The notes: generated by a model not told the origin, from the letters alone. DNA of 64,000 nt from Nanobdellota archaeon (GCA_021852265.1 JAJZNV010000014.1:1566-65565), one strand, 5' to 3'. Positions 9,885 to 19,937 are shown, counted from the stretch's first letter. Translations and numbers: made by a program.

Positions 9885-9902
9885 TTAAAAGGTTTATATA
9901 TT
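9885..9902 (+). promoter_or_regulatory. Archaeal BRE/TATA-like promoter for rps8e, probably giving a leaderless mRNA
   Basis: The sequence aaaaGGTTTATATAtt is centred about 28 nt upstream of the ATG at 9925. No SD is evident. Confidence 0.4.
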
Positions 9903-9924
9903 AACGTAATAATAAGATACAGAT

Positions 9925-10302
9925 ATGTCAAAAAGCACTGCGCCTACTTTGAAGAAGAAGGGTGGCGGATTTAAAGCGAAGCGGCGTGATAAGCGTAAAA
10001 GTGAGTCAATAGACGTGTCGATACCTCTCCAAATAGGAACTGAAAAGAAAAATGCAGTTAGAACACTTGGCGGTCATGAAAAACTTAGACTTCTGAAAAT
10101 AAAAAGCGGCAATCTATTCGATGCAAAATCGAAAACCTTCTCCAAAGTGGAACTGATAAAGGTTATAGAGAACAAAGCGAACAGGTCATACGCAAGACGG
10201 AATATAATCACTAAAGGGTGTATTATAGAAACTTCTGGCGGGAACGCAGTCGTAGTGAATCGACCTGGACAAAGCAGCCAGATAACACTTAGAAAAGTAT
10301 AA
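9925..10302 (+). CDS. rps8e: 30S ribosomal protein S8e
   Basis: 125 aa. The basic N-terminus KKKGGGFKAKRRDKRK and overall length match S8e. Confidence 0.75.
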   Translation: MSKSTAPTLKKKGGGFKAKRRDKRKSESIDVSIPLQIGTEKKNAVRTLGGHEKLRLLKIKSGNLFDAKSKTFSKVELIKVIENKANRSYARRNIITKGCIIETSGGNAVVVNRPGQSSQITLRKV

Positions 10303-10350
10303 GCTTTTAGCTTATAATGGTGTAGATCTTTAATTTATTAGCAATGCAGT

Positions 10351-12741
10351 ATGAGAATAAACGCCGAGAAATATGACAATTGGATAAAGACTCACAAAAA
10401 GCTAATAGTAGTTATCTGGTTGGCGGCATTTATTGTATCAATACCCTTTGCTTCGCACCTGTTTTCTGTTGTGTCCTATAACATATCTGGGAGCTCAAAT
10501 TCTCCAACATCTGGTAATCAAAGTAATTATGCGAGCGGCCAGAATTCTTCACTTAAGCCAAATGCAAGTGATAACGTAAGCACTAGCCAACATCTTGGCA
10601 GTAATTTTAATAATTTAATTTTATTGTTAATAGAAAGCAATAATGTATACTCTAATAGTTCCAAGACATTTGTATTAGGTCTAATGCAGGAATTTCCAAA
10701 GGGCAATGTGACCTCAATTTACGGCACCGAATTGAAATTGCTTAACAAAAGTTATCTTATTATTTCAGGTATGGCACATGAAGCAGAACTTGCCTACGCA
10801 CAGAAGTTCGGAATATCCGGCCCTCTAAATAGAAGCGAATTAAACGCTATTTCGGAGGTCATCATACAAAACTTTACAGGATTTTTGCAGGGGCCAGCAG
10901 CAGCTGCCATGCAAGCAGGTCCAACACTGGACACTTTCATAACTGATATCGTATTCAGTTACCAGAACTCGAGTCCACTTTATGTTTTTAACACTTATAA
11001 TTTCCCGGACTACCCGATTTTGCCCCCACAGACAATTTTACTCCCTCTTGTAAACGGCGCACACAACGTGACTCTCGCCACTGTGATGCCGGTCAATTAC
11101 CAAAATGCATCATCTTTTATAACCTCTCTAGCAGAGAAGTCGGGCACTAATGTATATGTAGCAGGATTTCAGGCTCTTCAAAACTCTATAGAATCAAATA
11201 CGCTAAGCGGTACATTCATAGCAATACTGGTCGGCCTATTGCTTGCAATAATAGTTACCGGAATAATCTTCAAATCGCCTGTAGCCGCTATCATGCCGCT
11301 AATTATATTTGGTATAAATATTGTAATCTCCTATTCTATTTTTTATTTTATTTTCCACTTTATATTAAACACGCAGATATCCTTCTTTGACCCAATACTG
11401 ACATCCATCTTAATGCTTGGGCTATGCACAGATTACATAATCTATATTCTATACCGTTACAGACAGGAAAGAAATGAAGGAAAAACTCAGGAAAAATCTG
11501 CCGGTCTAGCGTTTGGATGGGCGGGCGGAGCGGTGCTCGTAAGCGGGTTGACTGTTATAAGTGCATATATTGTCCTTTCTTTCTTAAACCTTCCATTTAT
11601 AGGCGGCTCAGGTATATTGAACGCAGTTGGAATAAGTGTTGTTCTCTTATCGGGCCTGACGCTTCTGCCATCACTACTGCATTTAAATGGTGATAAACTG
11701 ATATTTCCTTACCATATAACTAAGAGAAGTACAGGCTCTTTATTCTATAAGATAGGTGACTTTGACATAAAAAATGCAAGGGTAATAATTAGTGTGTTCG
11801 CAGTAATCGCCATCATCGCATTTTATGTCTTTATGACTGCGAATACTGACCTGAATATCTTAGGGCTTCTTCCAAATTCATCAATAAAAAGTGCATTCTA
11901 TATTGCTACTAATAATTTTGGCTATGACCCCATAGATCCGTTGTCACTCACATTCCCCAATGCATCGAATGTAACACAAATAAGTTCGATTATTAGTGGT
12001 GTACGGAACATACCCGGTATATACACAGTTATACCGACATTTACGGGCCCTCAGAATTATGAAATATATTTAAAGTACCAAGCGTTCAGCGGGTCTGCAA
12101 CTGAAACTTATAACAGTTTGAATACGTATCTCGAGAATGCGAAAATACCATATTCTCTGTCCGGAACGAGCGCCTTCATAGCAGATGCGTACAATGCAAT
12201 AAACAGTGATGTTTACCCATTGATTGCAATATTGGGTACAGTGATATTTATTATACTGTTCATAATATTGTTCTCCGTATTTACTCCCCTTAGACTAGTA
12301 ATCATGCTAATTTCGATACTTATGATAGCAAATGCCACAACCGTTTTGATATTTTCTGTGCTGCTGTCGCTGCCGTTCATAGCATTTGCACAGGTATTTC
12401 TTATAACCAATATCATGGGTGTTGGCGTAGACTATGATATATTCTTAGTTATGCGAATAAGAGAACATGCAATAAAAGGGGACACGAATACAAAGGCTGT
12501 TAAAGAAGGCCTTGCAAGAAGCGGCCCCGTGATATTAAGTCTCGGGATTATATTATCCTCGGTATTCTTTGGACTTGCAGCGGCAGGAATTCCACTTATA
12601 ACCGAAGTCGGTTTCATAGTTGGTGCTGGGATACTGATAGATACATTTGTTTCTGTCTTAATCATAATACCTTCATTCATGTTTCTGTTATCTAAATTTA
12701 ACTGGTGGCCGAGCAGGGTTGGGCATGTTAAGCGCCATTAA
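10351..12741 (+). CDS. MMPL/RND-superfamily exporter (12 TM in two bundles with two large extracytoplasmic loops)
   Basis: 796 aa. The topology is one TM, a large loop, five TMs, a second large loop, then six TMs. Both loops carry many N-x-S/T sites. Confidence 0.65.
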   Translation: MRINAEKYDNWIKTHKKLIVVIWLAAFIVSIPFASHLFSVVSYNISGSSNSPTSGNQSNYASGQNSSLKPNASDNVSTSQHLGSNFNNLILLLIESNNVYSNSSKTFVLGLMQEFPKGNVTSIYGTELKLLNKSYLIISGMAHEAELAYAQKFGISGPLNRSELNAISEVIIQNFTGFLQGPAAAAMQAGPTLDTFITDIVFSYQNSSPLYVFNTYNFPDYPILPPQTILLPLVNGAHNVTLATVMPVNYQNASSFITSLAEKSGTNVYVAGFQALQNSIESNTLSGTFIAILVGLLLAIIVTGIIFKSPVAAIMPLIIFGINIVISYSIFYFIFHFILNTQISFFDPILTSILMLGLCTDYIIYILYRYRQERNEGKTQEKSAGLAFGWAGGAVLVSGLTVISAYIVLSFLNLPFIGGSGILNAVGISVVLLSGLTLLPSLLHLNGDKLIFPYHITKRSTGSLFYKIGDFDIKNARVIISVFAVIAIIAFYVFMTANTDLNILGLLPNSSIKSAFYIATNNFGYDPIDPLSLTFPNASNVTQISSIISGVRNIPGIYTVIPTFTGPQNYEIYLKYQAFSGSATETYNSLNTYLENAKIPYSLSGTSAFIADAYNAINSDVYPLIAILGTVIFIILFIILFSVFTPLRLVIMLISILMIANATTVLIFSVLLSLPFIAFAQVFLITNIMGVGVDYDIFLVMRIREHAIKGDTNTKAVKEGLARSGPVILSLGIILSSVFFGLAAAGIPLITEVGFIVGAGILIDTFVSVLIIIPSFMFLLSKFNWWPSRVGHVKRH

Positions 12742-13486
12742 AAAATTACTCGGATTCGGCGGCGCCAGTAAGGTGCTTAAAGAAATCAAAAGCGGCAATG
12801 ACACCCTGTCAGTCGTAGACAATGGAGATGAGATTAGCCTAAAACTGAATAATGTAGTCTATTCACGATTAAAGAAGGGCAAGGTTTATACAGGATCTTA
12901 CTGGGATTACTTCTCTCCTCTCCCAGTACTATATAAAAAACCAAACATATTAATGATAGGACTTGGTGGAGGCACTATCGCTTATCAGCTAACTAAGTTG
13001 TATAGGAACGTAAACCTTGATATAGTGGAAATAAGCAAACCGATGATAGAACTGTCAGATTACTTCTTACCAAAAAAACTAAAAAACGTTAGGATAATTC
13101 AAGAAGATGGGTTAAAATACATAAAGAAAAAATTAAACGCTTATGATCTGCTTATCCTAGACGCATATGACGGGGACCACATACCCGAGGATTTTCTTAA
13201 CGATGAATTTGTAGCCGACGCGTATAAGACACTAAGAAAAGAAGGCATACTTGCTATAAATTATGCACTGAATCTTAGTGCATTGGTCTATTTAGAAAAT
13301 TATCTTAACAAGCTAAGAAAATTATTCAAAGTATACACGATAAATAATCCATTTACGTCTGGAAATATGATAATAATAGGTTCAAAAGAAATGAATAGGG
13401 ATGACATATTAAGATTGGTAAGACTCGGCTATAAAGAGAATAAGGATAACAAGTCAGTAATGCTCGGTTATAGAGAAATGGCTTAA
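12719..13486 (+). CDS. Spermidine-synthase-fold (aminopropyltransferase/SAM-MTase-like) protein
   Basis: Motifs ILMIGLGGGTIAYQL, VEIS..MIELSDYF and LLILDAYDGDHIPEDF match the SpeE-like Rossmann core. The gene overlaps the exporter's 3' end by 23 nt. Confidence 0.55.
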   Translation: MGMLSAIKKLLGFGGASKVLKEIKSGNDTLSVVDNGDEISLKLNNVVYSRLKKGKVYTGSYWDYFSPLPVLYKKPNILMIGLGGGTIAYQLTKLYRNVNLDIVEISKPMIELSDYFLPKKLKNVRIIQEDGLKYIKKKLNAYDLLILDAYDGDHIPEDFLNDEFVADAYKTLRKEGILAINYALNLSALVYLENYLNKLRKLFKVYTINNPFTSGNMIIIGSKEMNRDDILRLVRLGYKENKDNKSVMLGYREMA

Positions 13487-13678
13487 ATTAGGATTTTATT
13501 TAGTTTAAGAACAACATTGTTGATTGGTAATTTCTTAGCGACAAGGAGCGTATAATTTGAGACTCTTAAATAAATGTCAGGAAGGACTTTATCAGATTTG
13601 TTATGTCGGCGCAATATCAACTTAGATGTATTATCATGTTAAGATATTTTAAATAAATTAAACCTATAAAATCGGCGA

Positions 13679-15154
13679 TTGCATAAGAAAACCATGGAGT
13701 TCAAAAGACCGATTTTTACAAAGGTATCTGATGTAATCTGGGAGATGCCAAAGGAGTTCAAGCGCGGTATGCTTGTCCCTGGTAGAATATACGCCACTGA
13801 AAAACTGCTAAAGGAGATGGATAATCCTGTCTTTGATCAGCTAGCAAATGTTGCTGCACTGCCGGGCATCCAAAATTATGTTTTTGCACTTGGCGATGCA
13901 CACAGTGGATACGGATTCAATATAGGCGGTGCCGCTGCTTTCGACCCTGAAGAAGGCGGGATTATCTCCCCTGGAGGGGTAGGCGTAGATATAAACTGTG
14001 GTATGCGATTAATTCTTACGGATTTAACAGTAGATGAGGTAAAACCAAAGGTAAAGGAGCTAGTAGATAATCTTTTCAAGGCAGTACCGGTTGGAGTAGG
14101 TGCTAAAAGTGCCTTTAAGATACGAGAATCAGAATTTAAGACGATTGCGGAAGAAGGGGCAAAATGGGCGATAAAAAAAGGATATGGCTGGAAAGAAGAC
14201 ATTGAAAGAACTGAATTGAACGGCACTGCGGAGTGGGCAGATAGCTCAAAGATATCGGATAAAGTAATCGCAAGAGGCATAAATCAGATGGGTACTCTTG
14301 GATCAGGAAACCATTATTTAGAGATCCAGTTCATAAGAGACGAGAATATAGTAGACAAGCGCATTGCTAAAAAATGGGGTTTATTCAAAAATCAAGTAGT
14401 AATAACGTTCCATTGTGGTTCCAGAGGGGCAGGTCACCAGATAGCCACGGATTATCTACAGAAATTTCTGCCAATTATGGAGACTAAGTATAAGATAAAA
14501 ATACCTGATAAGGAACTCGCATCTGTTCCATTTAACTCCAGCGATGGACAGGATTATTATAAGGCCATGGGTTGTGGTGTCAATGTAAGCTTTGTCAATA
14601 GGCAGCTGATAATGCATAATGTGCGCACAGTATTCTCCAAGATATTTAATAAAGACCCGGAAAAGTTAGGGATGCGTCAGCTATTTGATATAGCGCACAA
14701 CAGGGCGTCTGTTGAGAGGTATAATATAGATGGAGTTACAAAGACGCTGGTTGTCCACAGGAAAGGTGCGACTGCAAGTTATTCTCCGGGAAGGAAAGAG
14801 ATTCCAAAAATATATAGAAGTGACGGTTTGCCTATAATAGTCGGCGGAAGCATGGAAACGGGTTCATATCTCTTGAGTGGAGGAGACCGCTCAGAACAAA
14901 CTTTTTGCACGACAGCACATGGGGCGGGCAGGACAATGAGTCGTACTAAGGCAAGAGGGCTTTTTAAGGGAGAGGATATACAAAAATCGATGTTTGAGCG
15001 CGGGATATACGAAAAAAGCAACTCTTGGACTGGACTAGCGGAAGAAGCTGGACAGGCGTATAAGGATATCGATGAGGTTGTAAACTCGGCAGAAATGGCA
15101 GGTCTTTCACGTAGAATTGTAAAATTACTACCCATCGGCGGAATAAAGGGATAA
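13679..15154 (+). CDS. rtcB: RNA-splicing ligase RtcB
   Basis: Motifs GDAHSGYGF, GSGNHYLEIQ, HCGSRGAGHQ and TTAHGAGR are the conserved metal- and GMP-binding motifs of RtcB. The true start may be the internal M of MEFKRP. Confidence 0.9.
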   Translation: MHKKTMEFKRPIFTKVSDVIWEMPKEFKRGMLVPGRIYATEKLLKEMDNPVFDQLANVAALPGIQNYVFALGDAHSGYGFNIGGAAAFDPEEGGIISPGGVGVDINCGMRLILTDLTVDEVKPKVKELVDNLFKAVPVGVGAKSAFKIRESEFKTIAEEGAKWAIKKGYGWKEDIERTELNGTAEWADSSKISDKVIARGINQMGTLGSGNHYLEIQFIRDENIVDKRIAKKWGLFKNQVVITFHCGSRGAGHQIATDYLQKFLPIMETKYKIKIPDKELASVPFNSSDGQDYYKAMGCGVNVSFVNRQLIMHNVRTVFSKIFNKDPEKLGMRQLFDIAHNRASVERYNIDGVTKTLVVHRKGATASYSPGRKEIPKIYRSDGLPIIVGGSMETGSYLLSGGDRSEQTFCTTAHGAGRTMSRTKARGLFKGEDIQKSMFERGIYEKSNSWTGLAEEAGQAYKDIDEVVNSAEMAGLSRRIVKLLPIGGIKG

Positions 15155-15155
15155 T

Positions 15156-15587
15156 ATGCCATACAAATTCTTAGAAAATGTAGCGATAGCCGATGTTGCT
15201 TTTGAAGTTAGGGCGCAAACTATAAACGGGCTTTTTGAGGACTGCGCCCGCGCTATGACAAATGTGATGATTAGAGACTTAAGTGATTTATCCCAAAAAG
15301 TCGTCAGGAAGTTTTCTATGGTAGCAGCAAACATAGAGAATTTATTGTTCAACTTCCTCAACGAGCTAGTATACTATAAAGATGTTGACTTCTTATTATT
15401 TGGAAAGTTTAAGGTCAATATAAGAAAAAAAGAAGACGGATTCGAAATGAAATGTATTGCGTATGGGGATAAAATAGATCCAAAAAAACTTAAGCCGGTG
15501 GTAGATGTTAAGGCAGTAACGATGCATATGTTTGAAGTAAAAAAAACGCAGAGGGGGTGGCGGGCCAGAATAGTACTGGATATCTGA
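15156..15587 (+). CDS. Archease (RtcB activator)
   Basis: 143 aa, immediately downstream of rtcB. The N-terminal pattern ADVAFEVRAQTINGLFEDCARAM is archease-like. Confidence 0.75.
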   Translation: MPYKFLENVAIADVAFEVRAQTINGLFEDCARAMTNVMIRDLSDLSQKVVRKFSMVAANIENLLFNFLNELVYYKDVDFLLFGKFKVNIRKKEDGFEMKCIAYGDKIDPKKLKPVVDVKAVTMHMFEVKKTQRGWRARIVLDI

Positions 15588-15588
15588 T

Positions 15589-16713
15589 ATGGAAAAAGAG
15601 ATTTTAAGTGTCCATTATAACGAGATTGCACTTAAAGGTAAACAAAGAGGGAAATTTGAAAGAATGTTGATAAATAACATAGCTTCATTGACAGGCTGTA
15701 GGCCCGTACCGAGATCTGGACGGCTCGTCCTTTTGCACTTTGATAAAGACACCGTTGAACTACTAAGGTTCATACCTGGGATATCATGGATAGGCGAAGG
15801 TCTTGTGATAGAACGCGATATCCGTATACTGAAAAAATGCGTATCTGAGCTTTTATCTAGCAGAGGTTGCAGCAGTGTAAACCTAGACGTTAAGAGGGTA
15901 GACAAAAATTATTCCATGACATCATTAGACTTGAAAAATGAGCTTTTAAAAGAATTCCATTTAAGAATTGATATACAACAGGGGTATAAAATAAAAATAG
16001 AGATAATGCCGGACTCGTTCATAATAAACAAGAATATAACCAAAGGTATCGGCGGAATGCCGATTGGAAGCGCTGGTAAAGTACTTTCACTTTTTTCTGG
16101 AGGTATCGACTCTGCGATTGTACCGTTCGAGATGATGAAACGGGGTTGCACTGTAGATTTATTGCACGTTTATGCATTGCCAACGAGAGATGCAGTGCTG
16201 CGGAGTAAAATAATTGAGTTGGTTGGTAAAATCTCAAAAATCTCTAGTTTTAAACTGTTCTTAATTCCATTCCATCTTTTTGGCTTGGAGATTATGAAAA
16301 TTGACTCCCGCTATGAGCTAGTCCTCTTCAAGAGATTTTTGCTAAAGCTTACAGAAAGACTTGCAAAGGAGTATGGGTACAAAGGAATCTGTACTGGAGA
16401 CGCCTTATCACAAGTCGCATCCCAAACCCTCGACAATTTAAATGCGATAAGCTATGGATTTGACCTACCCGTCTTCAGGCCGCTGCTTACATATAATAAA
16501 GATGAGATAATAAAAAAGGCAGAATTTTACGGAACATATGAGAGTTCTATAAAAGAATATAAGGATTGTTGCTCTATAGTCTCCAAAAATCCGGCTACTG
16601 CATTATCTCAGCAAAAAGTAAAGGACCTAGAATCGAAAATTAACCTTGAAGAGATAATAAATAAAAGCATCGCAGAGCTACGAGTTGAAGAATTCACTGT
16701 GAACTCTAAATAA
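15589..16713 (+). CDS. thiI: tRNA 4-thiouridine synthase ThiI (THUMP plus PP-loop ATPase)
   Basis: The N-terminal THUMP-like region (HYNEIALKGKQRGKFE) and the PP-loop VLSLFSGGIDSAI are present. Confidence 0.85.
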   Translation: MEKEILSVHYNEIALKGKQRGKFERMLINNIASLTGCRPVPRSGRLVLLHFDKDTVELLRFIPGISWIGEGLVIERDIRILKKCVSELLSSRGCSSVNLDVKRVDKNYSMTSLDLKNELLKEFHLRIDIQQGYKIKIEIMPDSFIINKNITKGIGGMPIGSAGKVLSLFSGGIDSAIVPFEMMKRGCTVDLLHVYALPTRDAVLRSKIIELVGKISKISSFKLFLIPFHLFGLEIMKIDSRYELVLFKRFLLKLTERLAKEYGYKGICTGDALSQVASQTLDNLNAISYGFDLPVFRPLLTYNKDEIIKKAEFYGTYESSIKEYKDCCSIVSKNPATALSQQKVKDLESKINLEEIINKSIAELRVEEFTVNSK

Positions 16714-16783
16714 AAATTATTTAAAAAATGTTATTTTTAGGTAGTTAAAAAGTATTTATATTAGTGGTTATCATATAAACCAC

Positions 16784-17047
16784 ATGGAAACAGACGATAG
16801 TTTTAAGATGTACGAACAGATGTCAAAAGACCGAACAGAAATGAATAATCGTATCGAAGCGCTTTTGAAGAGCTCAGATAAGAGTATGGATGGATTTTTC
16901 GACAAAAATGCTGCATATACTAAAGAAGGGCAGTACAATAAGGTAATTGGGCTGCCAGAGTCAAAGTCGCGCTACGTAAGGTTTATTGATAGACTTGATC
17001 GATTTATGGACAAGCTTTACTCTTTGCCATATCGATTCTACAAATAA
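16784..17047 (+). CDS. Hypothetical protein (87 aa)
   Basis: ORF only. Confidence 0.3.
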   Translation: METDDSFKMYEQMSKDRTEMNNRIEALLKSSDKSMDGFFDKNAAYTKEGQYNKVIGLPESKSRYVRFIDRLDRFMDKLYSLPYRFYK

Positions 17048-17063
17048 CGGGATTCTTTTGTTT

Positions 17064-17918
17064 TTATTTAATTTTGTTAAGTCTCGAATAATTGTATATA
17101 TATAGTTGTGCATAGCCTGCGTACTTACCAAAGTAAGCGGTCATGACTTCTCTCTTTGACCTGTAACTTTTAGCTTTTCCTAGCAAGTTTCCATAGTGCT
17201 TCGACAGGACTCTAAGCATCCAGACGTCCATCGGGAATGCACTTAAGTCATGTATTCCATACAGGAGGATACAGTCTAGGACCTTATCACCAACTCCTTT
17301 TATTTCCAGCAAGTGTTTCTTTAGCTGATTTAGCTCCAATTTCTCAGATAGTATATGGGTGCTAAAATATTCAGCTGCTGAGAATACAAACTTTGTTCGA
17401 AAACCAAGTTTAAACTGCTTCAATTTTTCGCCCCCGCTTTCCAAAATATCAATGTAAGTTGGAAACTGATGGATTTCCTTATTAATTATCTTTGCTGGTT
17501 TTCCATAAGCAGCTGACAGATTGTTTATCCTCTTCAAGATCAATGGGATATTAGACTGAATAGATAAAATAAAACTGAGGGTTGCAGGCCATAACCCATC
17601 GCTTACAACTCTAAGACCATTGGAATATTCTATCGCTTTATCTAAAAAATCATCTTTATCCAATTCTGCCTTTATTGAAGTTATGTCATCGCTAAGGCCT
17701 AATAATTTTTTAATTTCGTCTTTACTGGCACCGTAAAATTCCAGTTTATTCTCAGAGGGTTGTCTTATTGCGACAGGCTTGTTTACAAAGGATACCCAAT
17801 AATCGCCAGTATTCTTCCACACGAAAGTCTGGCCAGAAGCAAGAGTCTTATTCAGTGAAAAGTTATTTACATCTATTTCCATAGCAGTATTAAAATCAAT
17901 TGTTATATTGTAATACAA
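17064..17918 (-). CDS. ogg: 8-oxoguanine DNA glycosylase / AP lyase (Ogg, HhH-GPD family)
   Basis: The helix-hairpin-helix GPD motif LLEIKGVGDKVLDCILLYG...AFPMDVWMLRVL includes the catalytic Lys/Asp pair. Confidence 0.8.
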   Translation of the reverse strand: MYYNITIDFNTAMEIDVNNFSLNKTLASGQTFVWKNTGDYWVSFVNKPVAIRQPSENKLEFYGASKDEIKKLLGLSDDITSIKAELDKDDFLDKAIEYSNGLRVVSDGLWPATLSFILSIQSNIPLILKRINNLSAAYGKPAKIINKEIHQFPTYIDILESGGEKLKQFKLGFRTKFVFSAAEYFSTHILSEKLELNQLKKHLLEIKGVGDKVLDCILLYGIHDLSAFPMDVWMLRVLSKHYGNLLGKAKSYRSKREVMTAYFGKYAGYAQLYIYNYSRLNKIK

Positions 17919-17957
17919 CCAATAAGTATATAGCTTTGATTTGGTAAAAAGCAGTAT

Positions 17958-18052
17958 GCCGGGTTGGCTGAGCGGTTATAGCGCTGGTCTTGAGTAAATA
18001 TAAGTAAACCAGTTCCCGAAAGGGTCCGTAGGTTCGAATCCTGCACCCGGCG
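17958..18052 (+). tRNA. tRNA-Ser (anticodon UGA) with a short (about 12 nt) anticodon-loop intron
   Basis: Hand-folded. The acceptor pairs GCCGGGU with ACCCGGC, with discriminator G. The anticodon 5' stem CUGGU is followed by loop CUUGAG, a 12-13 nt insertion, then 3' stem ACCAG. The long variable arm UUCCCGAAAGGGUCC has a CCC/GGG stem and GAAA loop. The T arm is GUAGG-UUCGAAU-CCUGC. A T6 run at 18053-18058 serves as terminator. Confidence 0.7.
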
Positions 18053-18152
18053 TTTTTTAATTCTGTATAAATTATAAATGATTTACACTGTATGGAGCCA
18101 GTGGTTTTTACCAAAAATAACGTATTTATAGTAGTTATATTCTAATAACTGC

Positions 18153-18917
18153 ATGACAATCGAAGATTCATTAGCAGAGTCCGAGGCTGCGATTAATGCA
18201 TATTTAGCAAAGAAGAACCGCAAGACGGCGCCCATATCACCGTATCCAAATCGCCTAAATAACAGAATTCCTTCGGGTGCTGGCATGTCTGCTTTCGAAA
18301 AACAACTTGCACAACAGGAGGGTGGCGGAATTGGAGATATTTATAGCAATCAGCAACTGGCGGAATTAAATGTCGAATCTGAACAGGCTGAAGCTGAAAG
18401 AGTTGGACAGCAGGCTGGAATAGCGCAGGAAAGGCGCCTTGCCCTGACCGAAGAAGAAGCTATCATGCCACCGGATGAGATAGGCCCTGATAAAAATGGC
18501 AAACGCCTCGAGATATTCGAAAGGCCTTACATAGCCCCTTATGTTTTAGCGGATGGTACTATGCTGTATAAGATGCAGGTAACATATGGCGCAAGATTCT
18601 ACCAGTCATTTAATGATGCTATCCGTGATGTTGATACAGACTCTCTTCTAAACAAGATATACAGACATGCAAAAATTAATGGCGTCAGATTACAGGGAAT
18701 GGCAAGAAATCTGATTAATCCGACGTTATATGACAGAGACGTCGAAATGACTTTTTATGGTCCCTATAGAAAGAACCTCCTTAAAGGTCTAGTTGTGGGA
18801 ACTAGAGTAGAGATAGTTACTAACTACGTATCTGCAGAACGACTTAAAAAAATAATAATCGCACTTGAGCCGGAAAGCGTTTCAAGTCTTGCTTCAAAAG
18901 AAGAACGGGGAGAGTAA
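18153..18917 (+). CDS. Hypothetical protein with Q/E/A-rich N-terminal half (254 aa)
   Basis: ORF only. The N-terminal roughly 110 aa are low-complexity (QQEGGGIG, EQAEAERVGQQAGIAQERR). The C-terminal half is globular. Confidence 0.4.
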   Translation: MTIEDSLAESEAAINAYLAKKNRKTAPISPYPNRLNNRIPSGAGMSAFEKQLAQQEGGGIGDIYSNQQLAELNVESEQAEAERVGQQAGIAQERRLALTEEEAIMPPDEIGPDKNGKRLEIFERPYIAPYVLADGTMLYKMQVTYGARFYQSFNDAIRDVDTDSLLNKIYRHAKINGVRLQGMARNLINPTLYDRDVEMTFYGPYRKNLLKGLVVGTRVEIVTNYVSAERLKKIIIALEPESVSSLASKEERGE

Positions 18918-18922
18918 ACGAT

Positions 18923-19243
18923 TCACGCCAGTTCAACTATATCCGACTTATGTACCCTTAGACCTATTACCAAAACACCATCTTGGATCAATTTTTCCTT
19001 TTTTATTTCCAGTGTACTAACATCGTTCTTTAGGCCGATGGTATACCCTCCCAAGTGTCCATCTGATCTGACCACTCTATAGCAAGGGTAAATGTCCGGG
19101 TGGGAGTTCTCACTCGGTATTTTACCTACATATCTCGGATTTATACCGAGCTTTCTGGCAATTGATCCATATGTAGTTACCTTGCCGTTTGGTATCTGCT
19201 TCAGAAGTGAGTATATTTTTTGGTACTTAATTTTCATGGACAT
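18923..19243 (-). CDS. MGMT-family DNA-binding/alkyltransferase domain protein (106 aa)
   Basis: PCYRVVRSDGHLGGY corresponds to the MGMT active-site PCHRV motif with the Cys retained. A wHTH lies upstream (TYGSIARKLG). Only the C-terminal domain is present. Confidence 0.65.
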   Translation of the reverse strand: MSMKIKYQKIYSLLKQIPNGKVTTYGSIARKLGINPRYVGKIPSENSHPDIYPCYRVVRSDGHLGGYTIGLKNDVSTLEIKKEKLIQDGVLVIGLRVHKSDIVELA

Positions 19244-19244
19244 C

Positions 19245-19937
19245 TTATTGTTCCCCGGCTATTTCCTTTGTGATATCATCAAGCTGTCGGAGTTCTTCAA
19301 CACCTAATTTTTTAAACCAGTTATTTATGTTGTTTATATCTCTTTCTAGGTATTCTTTTGTCAGGCTCGTAAGTTTTAATGCCTGTGAAAAATCGATTAT
19401 ATATGGGTCACCATTTGCATTCAATATATTGTAAGCGCTTAGATCCCCATGTATTATTCCTCTCTTGCCTAAGGTTACTATAGAGTCTATGATTGTTCCA
19501 TACCATTTTTGGACATCGAATGATGTATCTTTCACTGCTAGCCTTGCAGGAGTCTCATCCTCCCCAATGAATTGCATAACTATCACATTTTTAAAGAGCC
19601 GGTAAGGTTCTGGTGTTTTAATCCCTGCATCGAAAGCCTTTGACTGAAAAGTAAATTCATATCGGCTCCAGTCATCTATCCTCTTCAAGAAACCGCCAGT
19701 TCTTGTACCGCGCAGTTTCAAGTATGCAGGTATCTTATTAAATGAGGCTATCTCATGACGGTGTATCTTCACAGCCACTTTCCTGCCCCGATAGTCCGTG
19801 CTCATATAAACGTAAGATTCCTTACCAGAACCTATCGGACCTATAAGTTGACCGATGTATCCGTCACTTTCAAGCTTATTAAGATTGTAGACAGAGTCTT
19901 TGTCGAAGACATGCAAAAAAGTTTTATTCACCGGCAT
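19245..19937 (-). CDS. rio1: RIO-type serine/threonine protein kinase (Rio1-like)
   Basis: Glycine-loop GSGKESYVY, catalytic [11 protein letters not shown] and metal-binding IIDFSQ motifs are present. The gene overlaps the lon 3' end by 14 nt. Confidence 0.85.
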   Translation of the reverse strand: MPVNKTFLHVFDKDSVYNLNKLESDGYIGQLIGPIGSGKESYVYMSTDYRGRKVAVKIHRHEIASFNKIPAYLKLRGTRTGGFLKRIDDWSRYEFTFQSKAFDAGIKTPEPYRLFKNVIVMQFIGEDETPARLAVKDTSFDVQKWYGTIIDSIVTLGKRGIIHGDLSAYNILNANGDPYIIDFSQALKLTSLTKEYLERDINNINNWFKKLGVEELRQLDDITKEIAGEQ

